Translations under genes and position numbers: made by a program | Part shown: positions 21,628 through 32,847 of the stretch, piece after piece | Layout of the letters: every line of letters begins with the position of its first letter | Numbering within the stretch: position 1 is the first letter of the stretch | Notes under the pieces: generated by a model | Databases searched by the model: none | Seen by the model: the letters and a program-made list of their open reading frames with translations, nothing else | Told to the model about the DNA's origin: nothing | NCBI GenBank assembly: GCA_963845755.1 | Contig: CAWJTV010000043.1 | Coordinates: 32,001-96,000 of the forward strand | Direction of reading: 5' to 3' | DNA: 64,000 nucleotides | Origin: an uncultured Planctomycetota bacterium | Lineage (GTDB): Bacteria > Planctomycetota > Planctomycetia > Isosphaerales > Isosphaeraceae

Positions 21628-21683
21628 CTTTCCCTTTCACCCCATGAGGGCGTCCGACGCAGTGGGCAGCCCGGTGTGCTCGA

Positions 21684-22584
21684 TTATACGGATTTCTCCG
21701 GTGAAGGGAGTTCACGCGATTCCCGACGTTCGAGGACGTAAAAGACCCGGCGATGACCTTCGGTATCGTTGCGGAGGAAATAAATCGCGCGATAGCCGGC
21801 ATCGAAGGCGGAGCCGAAAGCTAGACCGACCGTCTGGCGCCACGGCTCGGCCAGATCGGGGCGATCGCGCCGCAGCTTGTTGATATCGGCGGGGATCTCG
21901 AGCAGGACCCGAGGTGCTCCCAAGACCGGCCCAATGCGGATTGGGAGAGCCGTACGATCGTGTTTCGCCTCACTCCTTTCCTCCGGGCGCGTTTGGATGA
22001 GCCGCGGAAAGACTGCCGCTGCATCCGGACGGAGCTGGACGTTCGACTCACCATCCACATCCCACTCGGCAATCAGTCGGTCCGTCGGGACACCCGCGTT
22101 GAGCGCGTCGGTCCGTTCGCCGTACATATTATCGATGTAACGCCCAGCGGAAGCGCCCAGCCGGACCAGATTGAAATAGGCGTTGCCTGCCTGGAGCGGG
22201 TCGAAGGCCCAGGCGATCAGGCCGATTCGTTGAGCCCGGGCAAAATCGCGCTGAAGGATCTTGATCTGGTAGCCCAAGCCGCGCGACTGGTACTCGGGCG
22301 CCACACCCGTCAACTGGGAGTAAAGGCAGAGCCGGTCCTCGACGCGTCCGAGGAAGGCGAATGACATCGCGATCGCCTCGCCGTTCGACAGGAACGCCGC
22401 CCAGGACCAGCCCCCCGTGGAGGTTGGCACCGACCATGGTCGCCACCGGGATCAGGTAACCGTCCTCGGCGATTCCCCACGCCCGTTGCTGGGCATGCTG
22501 GCAGGCTCGATAATCGGCGACCGTCTCGGCGCGTCGTATGGTGATCTCGTTGTCAAGTTTCAAGTTCGGCGTGGTGTTGGTCAT
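21684..22584 (-). CDS. GNAT acyltransferase (putative D-amino-acid succinyltransferase; frameshift near 22400)
   Basis: GGLVLG, LYSQLTGVAPEYQSRGLGYQIK..QR, WAFDPLQAGNAYFNL.RLGA and PTDRL..EW motifs. Confidence 0.85.
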
Positions 22585-23749
22585 GCTTCGACCTGTAGTT
22601 CGAGCAGGAGCGCGGCCAGGAGGGCGGCCCGCTCAGGAAGCGAATCGATCAGGATATGCTCGTCATCGGCGTGGGCACCTCCGCCGTGCGCGCCGAGGCC
22701 GTCGAGGGTCGGGACGCCCAGCGCCGCGGTGAAATTCCCGTCGCTGCCGCCGCCGGTCGAGCCTTCCATGAGTTCCAGTCCCAGCCCCCGGCCGATGCGC
22801 TGAGCTTGCTCGAAGAGGGCAGCGATCGCGGGCGATCGCTCCATGGGCGGTCTCGTGAATTGACCGGTCACCAGAACCTGCACATCGACCGTGAACGGAC
22901 TCAGGGCCAGGAGCGCTCGCGTGATCCGTTCGGCTTCCGCAAGGGTGGTCACTCGCACGTCGATCTCCGCCGACGCCTGAGCCGGCACGACGTTGGCCGT
23001 CGTGCCTCCCTGGATCACGCCCACATTCAGTGTCGTCCCGACCGCTGGTTCTTGCAACTCCTGAACTCGCAGCACCTGGTGGGCCAGCTCCACGATCGCG
23101 TTTCGGCCATCGTGAGGAGCAACTCCGGCATGGGCGGCCTTGCCCTGGACGTCGAGCCGGAACCGGCCGACTCCCTTCCGCGCCGTCTTGAGGCCGCCGT
23201 CCGCCATCGGCGGCTCCAGTACCAGAACATACGCACATTGGAGCGCCACTTCTTCGATCAGAGCACGTGAAGTGGGGCTTCCAATCTCCTCATCAGAAGT
23301 GAACAAGGCCCAAACCGGCCGCGGAATCGAGCGCTCAGGGCCCGAGAAGACGTCATCCAACATGAGGGAGGAGAACATGGCCAGGCCGGCTTTCATGTCG
23401 AAGACGCCCGGGCCGAAGCGCGACCGTCCTCGATGCGAAAGGGCATCCTCTCAAGTGTCCCTCTGGGCCAGACGGTGTCGTAATGGCCCAGAACCAGCGC
23501 CGGGCGCCGATCGCTCGGCCCCGGGAACCGAGCGAAGACATGGCCGCCCCCCTGGGTGTTGCTGGTCACCTCGACCAGCGCTGTACTCGATCGCAAGAGC
23601 CTCATCAGGTGCGCCGCGCAGATGTCGAGGGCCGGCTTGTCGCGGCTGGGGGATTCCCGGCGAACAAGCTCTTCGAGAAGGCGCAGCATGTCGTCTCGAC
23701 GGTCGGCGTGCATCTGACCCACCAGCTCCTGGATGATATTTTTTCTCAT
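22581..23749 (-). CDS. M20 family metallopeptidase/desuccinylase (frameshift near 23420)
   Basis: LGHYDTV, GPG..DMKAG, SDEEIGS, VLEP, GKAAHAG, GGGSDGNF and GAHADDE motifs. Confidence 0.9.
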
Positions 23750-23773
23750 ACGAGCTTCTTCACTCCTCGAGTG

Positions 23774-24864
23774 TCAGGCGCGAAGCGACCGGGCCTTGAT
23801 GCGTTCCTCGATCGGCTCGACCCCCAGACCGGGCCCCTCGAATACACGGATTGCCCCATTCTCCGCCAGGATCGGCGGCTCGACCATGTCCTCGGCATAA
23901 TACTTATCCGAGCCGGAGATATCGCCGGGTAGTGTGAATCCGGGCAAGGCGGCGATGGCCACATTGGCCGCCCGGCCGATGCCGAACTCGTGCATACCAC
24001 CACACCAGACCGGGACGCCGCGAGCCCAGCAAACATCGTGTACGCGTTTGGCTTCGAGCAAGCCACCGACCCGGCTCACCTTGATGTTGATCACTCGGCA
24101 GGCCCCCAGTTCGAGCGCCTTCCGAGCGTCGTCGGCCGAATGGATGCTCTCGTCCAGGCAAATCGGTGTGTTCAAGGCGGCCTGAAGCCGCGCGTGGTCG
24201 ATGATATCATCGTGGGCCAACGGTTGTTCGATCAAGAGCAAGTCGAATTCGTCCAGGGCCTTAAGCGTGGGGAGATCCTCGAGGGTATAGGCCGAATTCG
24301 CGTTAACCTGAAGCGGCATTGAAGGATATCGCTGGCGGACCTGGCGGACGACGTCCACATCCCGACCTGGCGCGATCTTCAGTTTGATCCGGCGATACCC
24401 TTCGTCCAGATAACGATCGATCTGGTCGAATAGATCCTCGACCCGCTGCTCGATTCCCAGGCTGACACCTGAAAGGATTTCAGGGCGCGTGCCGCCGGTC
24501 AGAGCATGTAACGGGAGTCCCTGCACCGGGCCAGGACATCCCAGCAGGCCATCTCCAGTCCGGCCCTGGCGAACCGGTTCCCCTTCACCCGGTGGTACAG
24601 TCCGACCAGCTCCTCCACCGTGGACCATTCCCGCCCCAGGACTGCCGGTGCCAGGAAATCCTTCAGGATATGCCAGCAGGTCTCCGTCGTCTCCGGGCAG
24701 TAATAGGGATCGGATGGGCTGGCACACTCGCCCCAGCCGACCACTCCGCCGGCCACCACCCGCACCAGGATATGGTCGAGATGTGCCTTGAGGCTGGAGC
24801 TCGTCTGGAACGGACGCACCAGCGGAAGACGGACAATTCTCAGCTCGATCTGCTCGATTAGCAT
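23774..24864 (-). CDS. menC: o-succinylbenzoate synthase / N-acyl(succinyl)amino acid racemase (frameshifts near 24510-24580)
   Basis: MLIEQIELRIVRLPLVRPFQTS, GWGEC, YRRIKLKIAPG, ANSAY, IEQPL, ICLDES, INIK, WCGGM and LPGDIS motifs. Confidence 0.9.
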
Positions 24865-25280
24865 GCGTTCACTCGGTAAGCCGTCAACACGAAGAAGCCC
24901 TTGGAGGCCCGTGGCTCTCCAGGATTCCTGATCCATTATCCGAACCAGGGCTCTCGAAGAAATCCCAGTTGGCCAGACGAGTTGGCGGATCCTCGATTGG
25001 AGGGGGACCGTGCATTTTCGTGCGTTCTTCCCATTCGGCCTGTTGCCTGGTACTTGGAAGAACGCAGCCAGCGTGTTAAACTCATGATTAACGTCAAAGG
25101 TTCTCGCGTCCTGGTCGCTTGAACGCGTCGTGCACTGAGATCCGGCTGGCCGTCTGTGACGTCCGCGTACGGCCCACGACCCATTCGACACCGGGCGGCT
25201 GCAACGACGGGCGAAGTTCGCAATCTGCTTGCTCGTACACCCACCTGCGCTCTCGCCTTGCTCACCAAGGAGCCGACATC

Positions 25281-26660
25281 ATGACTGATTCGAACGACGG
25301 CGGCGTCCCGCCGCGATTTCCTCAAGACGACGGGAACGGTCGCCACGGCCTCGGCCCTTGCTGGCGTGACCGTTCCGTCGGTGCATGCAGCATCCGACAA
25401 CACCATGCGGGTGGCGCTGGTCGGCTGCGGCGGCCGGGGCACGGGTGCGGCCGCGAATGCCCTCAGTACCAAACAGGGGCCCATCAAGATCGTGGCGATG
25501 GCCGACGTTTTCAAGAATCGCCTGGACGACAGCTACGAGGAGCTGAAGAAGTCCCACGGCTCGCAGGTCGATGTGCCCAAGGATCGCCAGTTCATCGGGT
25601 TCGACGGCTATCAGAAGGCCATGGACTGCCTCAAGCCGGGTGATATCGTGATCCTCACGACCCCGCCGGCCTTCCGCTGGGTCCACTTTACCTACGCCAT
25701 CGAGAAGGGAATCCATACCTTCATGGAGAAGCCGGTCACCGTCGATGGCCCGACGACCCGGAAGATGATGACTCTCGCCGAGGAGGCGAAGAAGAAGAAC
25801 CTCAAGGTCGGCGTCGGCCTGATGTGCCGCCACTGTGAGGCGCGCCAGGAACTCTTCAATCGGATCAAGGACGGCGAGATCGGCGACATATTGATGCTTC
25901 GGGCCTACCGCCAGCATGGTCCGGTCGGTTCGGCGCTCACGGGCCCCAAGCCCGACGGCATCAGCGAGCTGATGTACCAGATCAAGAATTTCCACGGATT
26001 CCTCTGGGCCAGCGGTGGCTGCTACAGCGATTTCTACATCCACAACATCGACGAATGCTGCTGGATGAAGGATAGCTGGCCCGTCTCGGCCAAGGGTACG
26101 GGTGCGCGCACCTACCGGGGCGACTACGTCGACCAGAATTTCGACACCTACTCGATCGAGTATACCTTCGGTGACGGCGCCAAGATGTTCCTGGAGGGAC
26201 GGAACATCGATGGGTGCAACCAGGAGTTCGCCAGCTACGCGCGCACGGTTCCAAGGGCTGCGCGATCATCTCGTGGAACTCGCACAGCCCGGCCCGTTGC
26301 GCCATCTTCAAGGGGCAGAATTTCACCCGAGCCGACCGGGTCTGGGCCTTCCCACAACCGGAACCGAACCCCTACCAGGTCGAGTGGGACGACCTGATCC
26401 ATGCCATCCATAAGGACAAGCTCTACAACGAGGTCCGGCGCGGGGCTGAGGCGAGCCTGGTCACGTCGATGGGCCGGATGGCCGCCCACACCGGACAGGT
26501 GGTGAAGTTCAGCGACATCCTCGAGTGCAAGAACGAGTTCGCGCCCCAGGTGGACAAGCTGACGCTGGCCAGCGCCGCCCCGATCCAGCTCGATACCAAG
26601 ACCAAGCGCTATCCTTTCCCGCAGCCCGGGATCATCCGCGACCGCGAATACCTGGTCTGA
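25281..26660 (+). CDS. Tat-exported Gfo/Idh/MocA oxidoreductase (frameshifts near 25310 and 26245)
   Basis: RRDFLK-like Tat motif, ALVGCGGRGTGAA, TTPPAFR, FMEKP and HNIDEC motifs. Confidence 0.88.
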
Positions 26661-26675
26661 TCCGTACCACTCGGC

Positions 26676-26710
26676 GGCGAGCCCCCCGAGCCCAAACCTG
26701 GGGGCTCGCC
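26676..26710 (+). terminator. GC-rich hairpin after oxidoreductase gene
   Basis: 11-bp stem ggcgagccccc / gggggctcgcc just after the stop codon; weak U-tract. Confidence 0.5.
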
Positions 26711-27048
26711 TGCTCTTCGATCAGATCGTTGGGTAAACGGCAAAGAAGTCTTAAGTACGGCATATATAAAATAGATAAAAATCAATAGAAACATTAAATT
26801 CAATTATTTGGATTGGATCCTTTAGGCCTCGTGTTCGACCGTAGCTCGCCCACCTCTACGTGCACTTTATGCCTCTCGAAAGTTAGGGACTCCCTTCGAT
26901 CTCCACCGGCTTGCGATCTGCATTTCGGGGCGGCATCGATCCGTGATGCAGCGGTTTTCTTGCAATTTCTTGGTGCATTTCGTGCTTTTCGAGGTTAGAC
27001 TCTTCTTTCATTCCACTCGGACATTCTTCTCTGGGTCGCACCGAGATC

Positions 27049-28305
27049 ATGAGCACCGAATCAGGTAGCCCGAAGGTTGCAAGTTCGCGCATCGTCTCGA
27101 TGGACCAGTTCCGCGGCTACACGGTCGCGGGGATGTTCCTGGTGAACTTCGTAGGCGGACTGGCGGCCTTCCCGGAGGTCCTCAAGCATCACAACGGTCA
27201 TCCGTACTTCAGTTACGCCGACACGATCATGCCGAGTTTCATGTTCGCCGTCGGCTTCTCCTATCGGTTGACGACACTGAGACGGCTCGCCCAGCAGGGG
27301 CCGGGGCGGACGTACGGACACGTGGTCATCCGCAGCCTTGCTCTGGTCCTCATCTCGCTCGTGATGTACATGGCCGGTGATATCGAACCACTCAGGGATT
27401 GGTCGAAGGTGACCCCGAGAGCGACCTGGGAGCTGGTGGGCGAGTTACTGAAGGCGAATCTTTGGGAAGTGCTGGCGATCATCGGAATCACCCAGATCCT
27501 GATCATGCCGGTCATTGCCGCGAGCACACGGGTCCGAACCCTGGCCTGGATCGGCTGTGCGGGAGTCCATTTGATCCTCTCGTATCTGTTCAACTTCGCG
27601 TTCGTCTACGGCACACCGAATGGTGTGGACAGCTTCCTCGGTTTGACCGGCCGGAGTGCGTGGGATGGCGGTTTCTTCGGGCCGATCGGCTGGGCGATCC
27701 CGATGCTGTTCGGCTCGCTGGCCTACGACGTCGTTTCGAGCCGGACCCCCTGGAACGCGACGGCTCGCCTGCTCGGCTCGGGGATCCTCCTGATGGGTGT
27801 CGGTTACGTCTTCAATTGCTTGGGGACGCTCTACGACACCGACAAGGGAATCTCGGTCGAGCTGATCGGCAAGGATGTCGCTGCCTCGCCGGTGATCCCT
27901 CCGTTGCGGAACGCACAGGGCCGTTCGTGGGAATCGCTCATGGCCACCCCTCCGTTCATGCAGCCGCCGCCGATCGACGTCCGGCCGCATAGCTACTGGT
28001 CGATGAACAAGAAGATGGTCAGCCTGCCGTTCACGTTGTTCTCGTCGGGCTTCGCGCTGGCCTTGTATGCCCTGTTCATTCCCTTGTGCGACGTGGTGGG
28101 GCTCCAGATCGGCTTCTTCCGCACGTTCGGCCAGAACCCGCTCGCCGCCTACGTCATCCATCACATGGTCGAAGGAGCCGTCCTGTCGGTGGTGCCCAAG
28201 AACTCTCCGCTCTGGTACGGCGTCGTGGGACTGGTCATCTTCTTCGCGATCACCTACCTGTTCGTACGATACCTGGAGAAGAACAGGATCTACCTGAGGC
28301 TGTGA
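27049..28305 (+). CDS. HGSNAT-like (heparan-alpha-glucosaminide N-acetyltransferase family) membrane protein
   Basis: [35 protein letters not shown] and FGQNPLAAY motifs; multiple TMs. Confidence 0.85.
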   Translation: MSTESGSPKVASSRIVSMDQFRGYTVAGMFLVNFVGGLAAFPEVLKHHNGHPYFSYADTIMPSFMFAVGFSYRLTTLRRLAQQGPGRTYGHVVIRSLALVLISLVMYMAGDIEPLRDWSKVTPRATWELVGELLKANLWEVLAIIGITQILIMPVIAASTRVRTLAWIGCAGVHLILSYLFNFAFVYGTPNGVDSFLGLTGRSAWDGGFFGPIGWAIPMLFGSLAYDVVSSRTPWNATARLLGSGILLMGVGYVFNCLGTLYDTDKGISVELIGKDVAASPVIPPLRNAQGRSWESLMATPPFMQPPPIDVRPHSYWSMNKKMVSLPFTLFSSGFALALYALFIPLCDVVGLQIGFFRTFGQNPLAAYVIHHMVEGAVLSVVPKNSPLWYGVVGLVIFFAITYLFVRYLEKNRIYLRL

Positions 28306-28452
28306 TTCCGCCGGCTCGACCTCAGTCTCGACCCGAGTGCCCTGAGCAACCGCGGCGCTGTCGCTCCACCGAATTGACGAGGCGGCAGAGATTCCGCTAG
28401 GTTGATACTCGGGGCATGTCGGTCGGTTGGACTTCCGTGGCGAGGCGGGCTC

Positions 28453-31342
28453 ATGCGGCCGAGGTGGCTCGCAGCGATCATCGCAACGCTTTCCGTCGCG
28501 GTACTGGCGACCTGGGGAACTCTGCGCGCCGTGGAGGACCGGCGTTGCCGGGGCCTGCTCGAGGAGGCCCGGCGCGAGATGGACGGCGGACGGTACGGTG
28601 CGGCCCGGGCGAGGCTGAATGAGCTGTTGTCCCGTCGGCCGGAATGGGACGAGGCCCGATACAACCTGGGCGTCTGCGAACAGTCCCGCCAGCGCGTCCA
28701 GGCGGCATGGGACGCATTTGAGCGGGTGCCGAAAGACTCGCCGTGGGCCGGCTGGAGCGACGTGCGTCGATCGCGGATCGCCATGGACCGCGGCCGTTTT
28801 TCCGACTGTGAAGATCTCCTGTTCCGCGCGACGGCGCGGCCAGGACCGCACAGGGCGGAAGCCAGGTGGGGCTTGGTGCTGCTCCTTCGAATGCAAGGGC
28901 GATTCGACGAGGCAAAGCGGTGTCTCCAGGCGGGTTTCGACCAGATGAGTTCGCCCGTGACAACGCTCCAGCGCCTTTACAAGATCGATAACGACCCCTT
29001 CCCGATCGAGGGAGTCCGCCGAGGACTGGACCGTGCCGGCGCAGGCACCCGATGACGATCGCGTCTGGCTGGCCCGGGCTCACCTGGCGATCCGGCTCGG
29101 CGATTTCGAAGAGGCCCGGCAGTGGCTCGATCGCTGCCTGGCCCGCCGTCCTGAGGACCCGGCTGTCTGGCGGATGAAGCTGCAATGGGCTCTCGCCTGC
29201 GACCGACCCGAGGAGGTGAGGACCGTCCTACCGCACCTCCCAGCCGACGAGGAACCGGTGGACCGGGTCCTGTCCCTTCGGGTCTGGATGGCCGCGCACC
29301 AGCACGACCGCGAGACCCAGCGCCGCGCCTTGAAAACCTGGGTCGAGCTCGATCCGACCAACGGAGTGGCGCGAGAACAGCTCGCCGAGCTGGAACGGGC
29401 TGATGGTCATTTTCGCGAGGCCGATGCCCAGCGAAGCTCGGTCCGTGCTCTGGACCAGCTCCGCAAAGAATACACACGACGACTCGCCACGACATCGCCC
29501 CGGTCGCACGCCAACGAGCTCGCACGGCTGGCGAGTCAGCTCGGCCGCCCGTTCGACGCCGACAGGTGGATGGAACTCTCGGGCCAGAAAACGCCCAACG
29601 CCTCTCCATCGCCCCGCGATCCGGTCGTTGTTCCGGGCCCTGGACCGCGAACAACATTGGCCGACCTCCTCTCGGACATCGGATCAGCCGAAAACGTAGA
29701 TCAGGCGGTCGCATCGCAGCGGGTCCTGCCGCGATTCATCGATTATGCCTCCCAGTCGGGCTTGGCTTTCGTCCATGAGAACGGTGGTGCGCGGGCGCGG
29801 CTCATTCCTCCCGTCACGGCCAGCGGCGGCGTGGGACTGATCGATTTCGATGGTGACGGCTGGCTCGACGTTTACCTGGTTCAGGGTGGGCCGTTCCCTC
29901 CGCGGTCGAGGACATCCCGGACCGGCGATCGCCTCTTCCACAACCGGGGAAATGGGACCTTCGAGGACGCCACCGGCCCATCCGGGATCGGCTCGATGCT
30001 CGGGGGATACGGCCATGGAGTCACCGTCGGCGATTACGACAACGACGGCCGCCCCGACCTGTTCGTCACCCGGTGGAAATCCTATGCCCTCTATCGGAAC
30101 CGAGGTGATGGGACATTCGAGGACGTGACCGCGAAAGCCGGCCTGGAGGGCGATCGGGACTGGCCGACCTCGGCCGCTTTCGCCGACCTCGATGGCGATG
30201 GCGATCTCGACCTGTATGTTTGCCATTACATGAAGTGGGACGAGAACCAGACCAATACCTGCGCCGACCCGAACGACCCGACGATCTACCGATGTCTTCC
30301 GCTCGACTTCGAGGCCCTACCGGACCACCTGTTCCGCAATGACGGCGGCCGCTTCATGGACGTGACCGCGGAGGCGGGGATCGTGGACCGAAATGGTCGG
30401 GGACTGGGGGTGCTCGCGGCCGACCTCGACGAAGACGGCCGGATCGACCTGTTCGTCGCCAACGACATGACGGCCAACTACTGGTTCCGGAACCTCGGAG
30501 GGCTGCGTTTCGAGGAGGTGGCCCAAACCGCGGGAGTGGCCGCCAACGCGTCAGGTTCCTATCAAGCCGGGATGGGCGTGGCCTGCGGCGACCTGGATGG
30601 GGACGGCCACCTCGACCTGGCGGTCACGAACTTCTACAACGAGTTCGACCTCGTTCTTCCGGAACTTTGGCCAGGGCTTTTTCGGCGAGCAGGCCGCGGC
30701 CGTGGGAATCGCCGGTCCCAGCCGTTACGTCCTCGGTTTCGGGATCGCCTTTGTCGATGCCAACAACGACGGCTGGCCCGACCTGATCACCGCCAATGGC
30801 CACGTCCACGACGGCCGCCCCCAGTTCCCCTGGATGATGCCGACCCAACTTTTTCTCAACGACGGTCGCGGCAAGATGATGGACGTCACCAAGCGGTCCG
30901 GCCCTCCGTTTCAGGTTCCACGCATGGGCGCGGACTGGCCGTTGGAGACATCGATAACGACGGACGGCCCGATGTCATGGTCGTCTCTCAGAACGAACCG
31001 GTCGTCTTATTCCACAATCAGACCGACGGGGGCCATTTCCTCACCTTCCGCCTGGAGGGTTCCCCTTCCAATCGCGATGCCGTCGGTGCCTTGGTCTCGG
31101 TCCACTGCGAGGGACGCATCCGGATCGTCACCTCGTCTCGGAGGCGGAAGCTACCAGTCCGCTGGCGATCCGAGGTTCCATTTCGGACTGGGTGCAGTCC
31201 CGGCAAGTCGATCGGGTTGAGGTGCGGTGGCCCTCGGGACGCGTCGACCACTACACCAACCTCGCCGTCGATACGGGTTACCTGCTCCGCGAGGGTGCCT
31301 CCGCGGTCCGGTCCCCTGGCCGGATGGCGGTCGTTGCAATGA
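28453..31342 (+). CDS. TPR + FG-GAP/CRTAC1 + ASPIC/UnbV protein (several frameshifts)
   Basis: N-terminal TM and TPRs, repeated DFDGDG..D motifs, GGSYQS...HFGLG and VEVRWPSG. Confidence 0.88.
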
Positions 31343-31547
31343 GCGATCCGGATCGTCGGCTCATGACACGTGATTCGATTTCGAAGGTTGGCCACAACCC
31401 GAAGGCCATCGAGAAGGCCCTTGCAAGATCCGGACAAAACGACCTGTCGCGGATCTCTTAATGCAATCCAGCCCGTTGACAACCTCGACAGGCGCCAGAA
31501 TCCACGGCGGAAATGCGAGACGATGTCCCTCCTCCGTGGGGGTCGCC

Positions 31548-32087
31548 ATGAAACGAATCGGGCTCTCGGTCACCTGCCTGATGGCCCTTGTCGCGATCGT
31601 CGCGATTGATACCGCGGTGATCCCGGCCCTCCAACGTGTGATAATCGCGTCGACACGGATTGGTCTGTTCTCGGCGCTGGCGATGGCGCATGTCCTGGCG
31701 CTTTGTCTGGTAATCGTGGTCTCGAGCCTTGTTCGTCGCGGTGAGGTTGCCCTCTCTCCCGTCATGTTTCTGTTATTCGGTGGTACGGCGATGCTGCTCC
31801 TTATCACCATCGCTGACCTGGCACCTCATTTCTTCTGGGCGTACGTGAACAACACGGCCGGCCTGCTGGATCCTCCAGGAAACTTCAGCATCGCCAATCT
31901 CGGGATCACCGAGCTCGCCTTCGTCCCGGCCGTACTCGTTTGCAGTGTGTTGACCCTGCCGCTCCTGGTTCCCGGGTGGCTCGCGGCCCGGGCAACTCGC
32001 GGTTATCGCCTCAAACTCCGGAAAGGACCGAATGCCGCGGCCGCCGCGGAACGTCCGTCGCCCGACCAACCGCGAGGCAGTCAATGA
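31548..32087 (+). CDS. Small polytopic membrane protein, paralog 1
   Basis: MKRIGLSVTCLMALVAIVAID; about 4 TMs; clear paralog of 32311..32847. Confidence 0.8.
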   Translation: MKRIGLSVTCLMALVAIVAIDTAVIPALQRVIIASTRIGLFSALAMAHVLALCLVIVVSSLVRRGEVALSPVMFLLFGGTAMLLLITIADLAPHFFWAYVNNTAGLLDPPGNFSIANLGITELAFVPAVLVCSVLTLPLLVPGWLAARATRGYRLKLRKGPNAAAAAERPSPDQPRGSQ

Positions 32088-32310
32088 GCCAAGGATCCAG
32101 CGCCCGTTGCGCTCCGGATGCACGCGAACGAGGCGATCCGAGAACCTGGCGTGGAGCGGCTCGCTCTTGTAGAGCGGCATGAGGCAAGCAACGCAGCCTT
32201 TCGCCGGGGGGGACTCTGCATCTAACCCGGCCTATTGACAACCGTGGTGGACCGGTCCCAGAATTCACGCGGCAAGTCCGAGACGATGTCCGACTGCCAG
32301 GGGGTATGCC

Positions 32311-32847
32311 ATGAAACACATCCGGATCTCGGTCGCCGGATTGATGGCTCTTGTCGCGATCATCGCGATTGATATCGCGGTGATCCCGGCCCTCGGACAC
32401 GTGCAGTCCGCGTTGACTCGGCTTGGTCTGTTCACGGTGCTGGTGATGGCTCACATCCTGGCGATTTATCTGGTGATCGTGGTCTCGAGCCTTGTCCGTC
32501 GCAGTGAGGTTGCCCTCTCTCCCATCCTGTTCCTGTTATTCTGTGGAACGGGGATGCTGGTCCTCGTCTACATCGCCGACCTGGCACCTCATTTCTTCTG
32601 GTCGTACCTCCACAACACGGCGGGCCTCCTGAAAGGTCCAAACCGTGGCGTCGGCGTTCCCAGGAGGAGCGGAATGGCCCTGATCGAGCCCCTTGTCGAT
32701 TGCGGCGTCTTGACCTTTTCACTCCTGATTCCCGGGTTGCTCGCGGCATGGACAACTCGCGGTTATCGCCTCCAGCTCTTGGAAGGCCCCGATGCCGCGG
32801 GTGCCGCGGAACGTCCGTCGTTCGACCAACCGCGAGCCAGTCACTGA
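32311..32847 (+). CDS. Small polytopic membrane protein, paralog 2
   Basis: MKHIRISVAGLMALVAIIAID; shares SSLVRR.EVALSP, IADLAPHFFW and TRGYRL with paralog 1. Confidence 0.8.
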   Translation: MKHIRISVAGLMALVAIIAIDIAVIPALGHVQSALTRLGLFTVLVMAHILAIYLVIVVSSLVRRSEVALSPILFLLFCGTGMLVLVYIADLAPHFFWSYLHNTAGLLKGPNRGVGVPRRSGMALIEPLVDCGVLTFSLLIPGLLAAWTTRGYRLQLLEGPDAAGAAERPSFDQPRASH

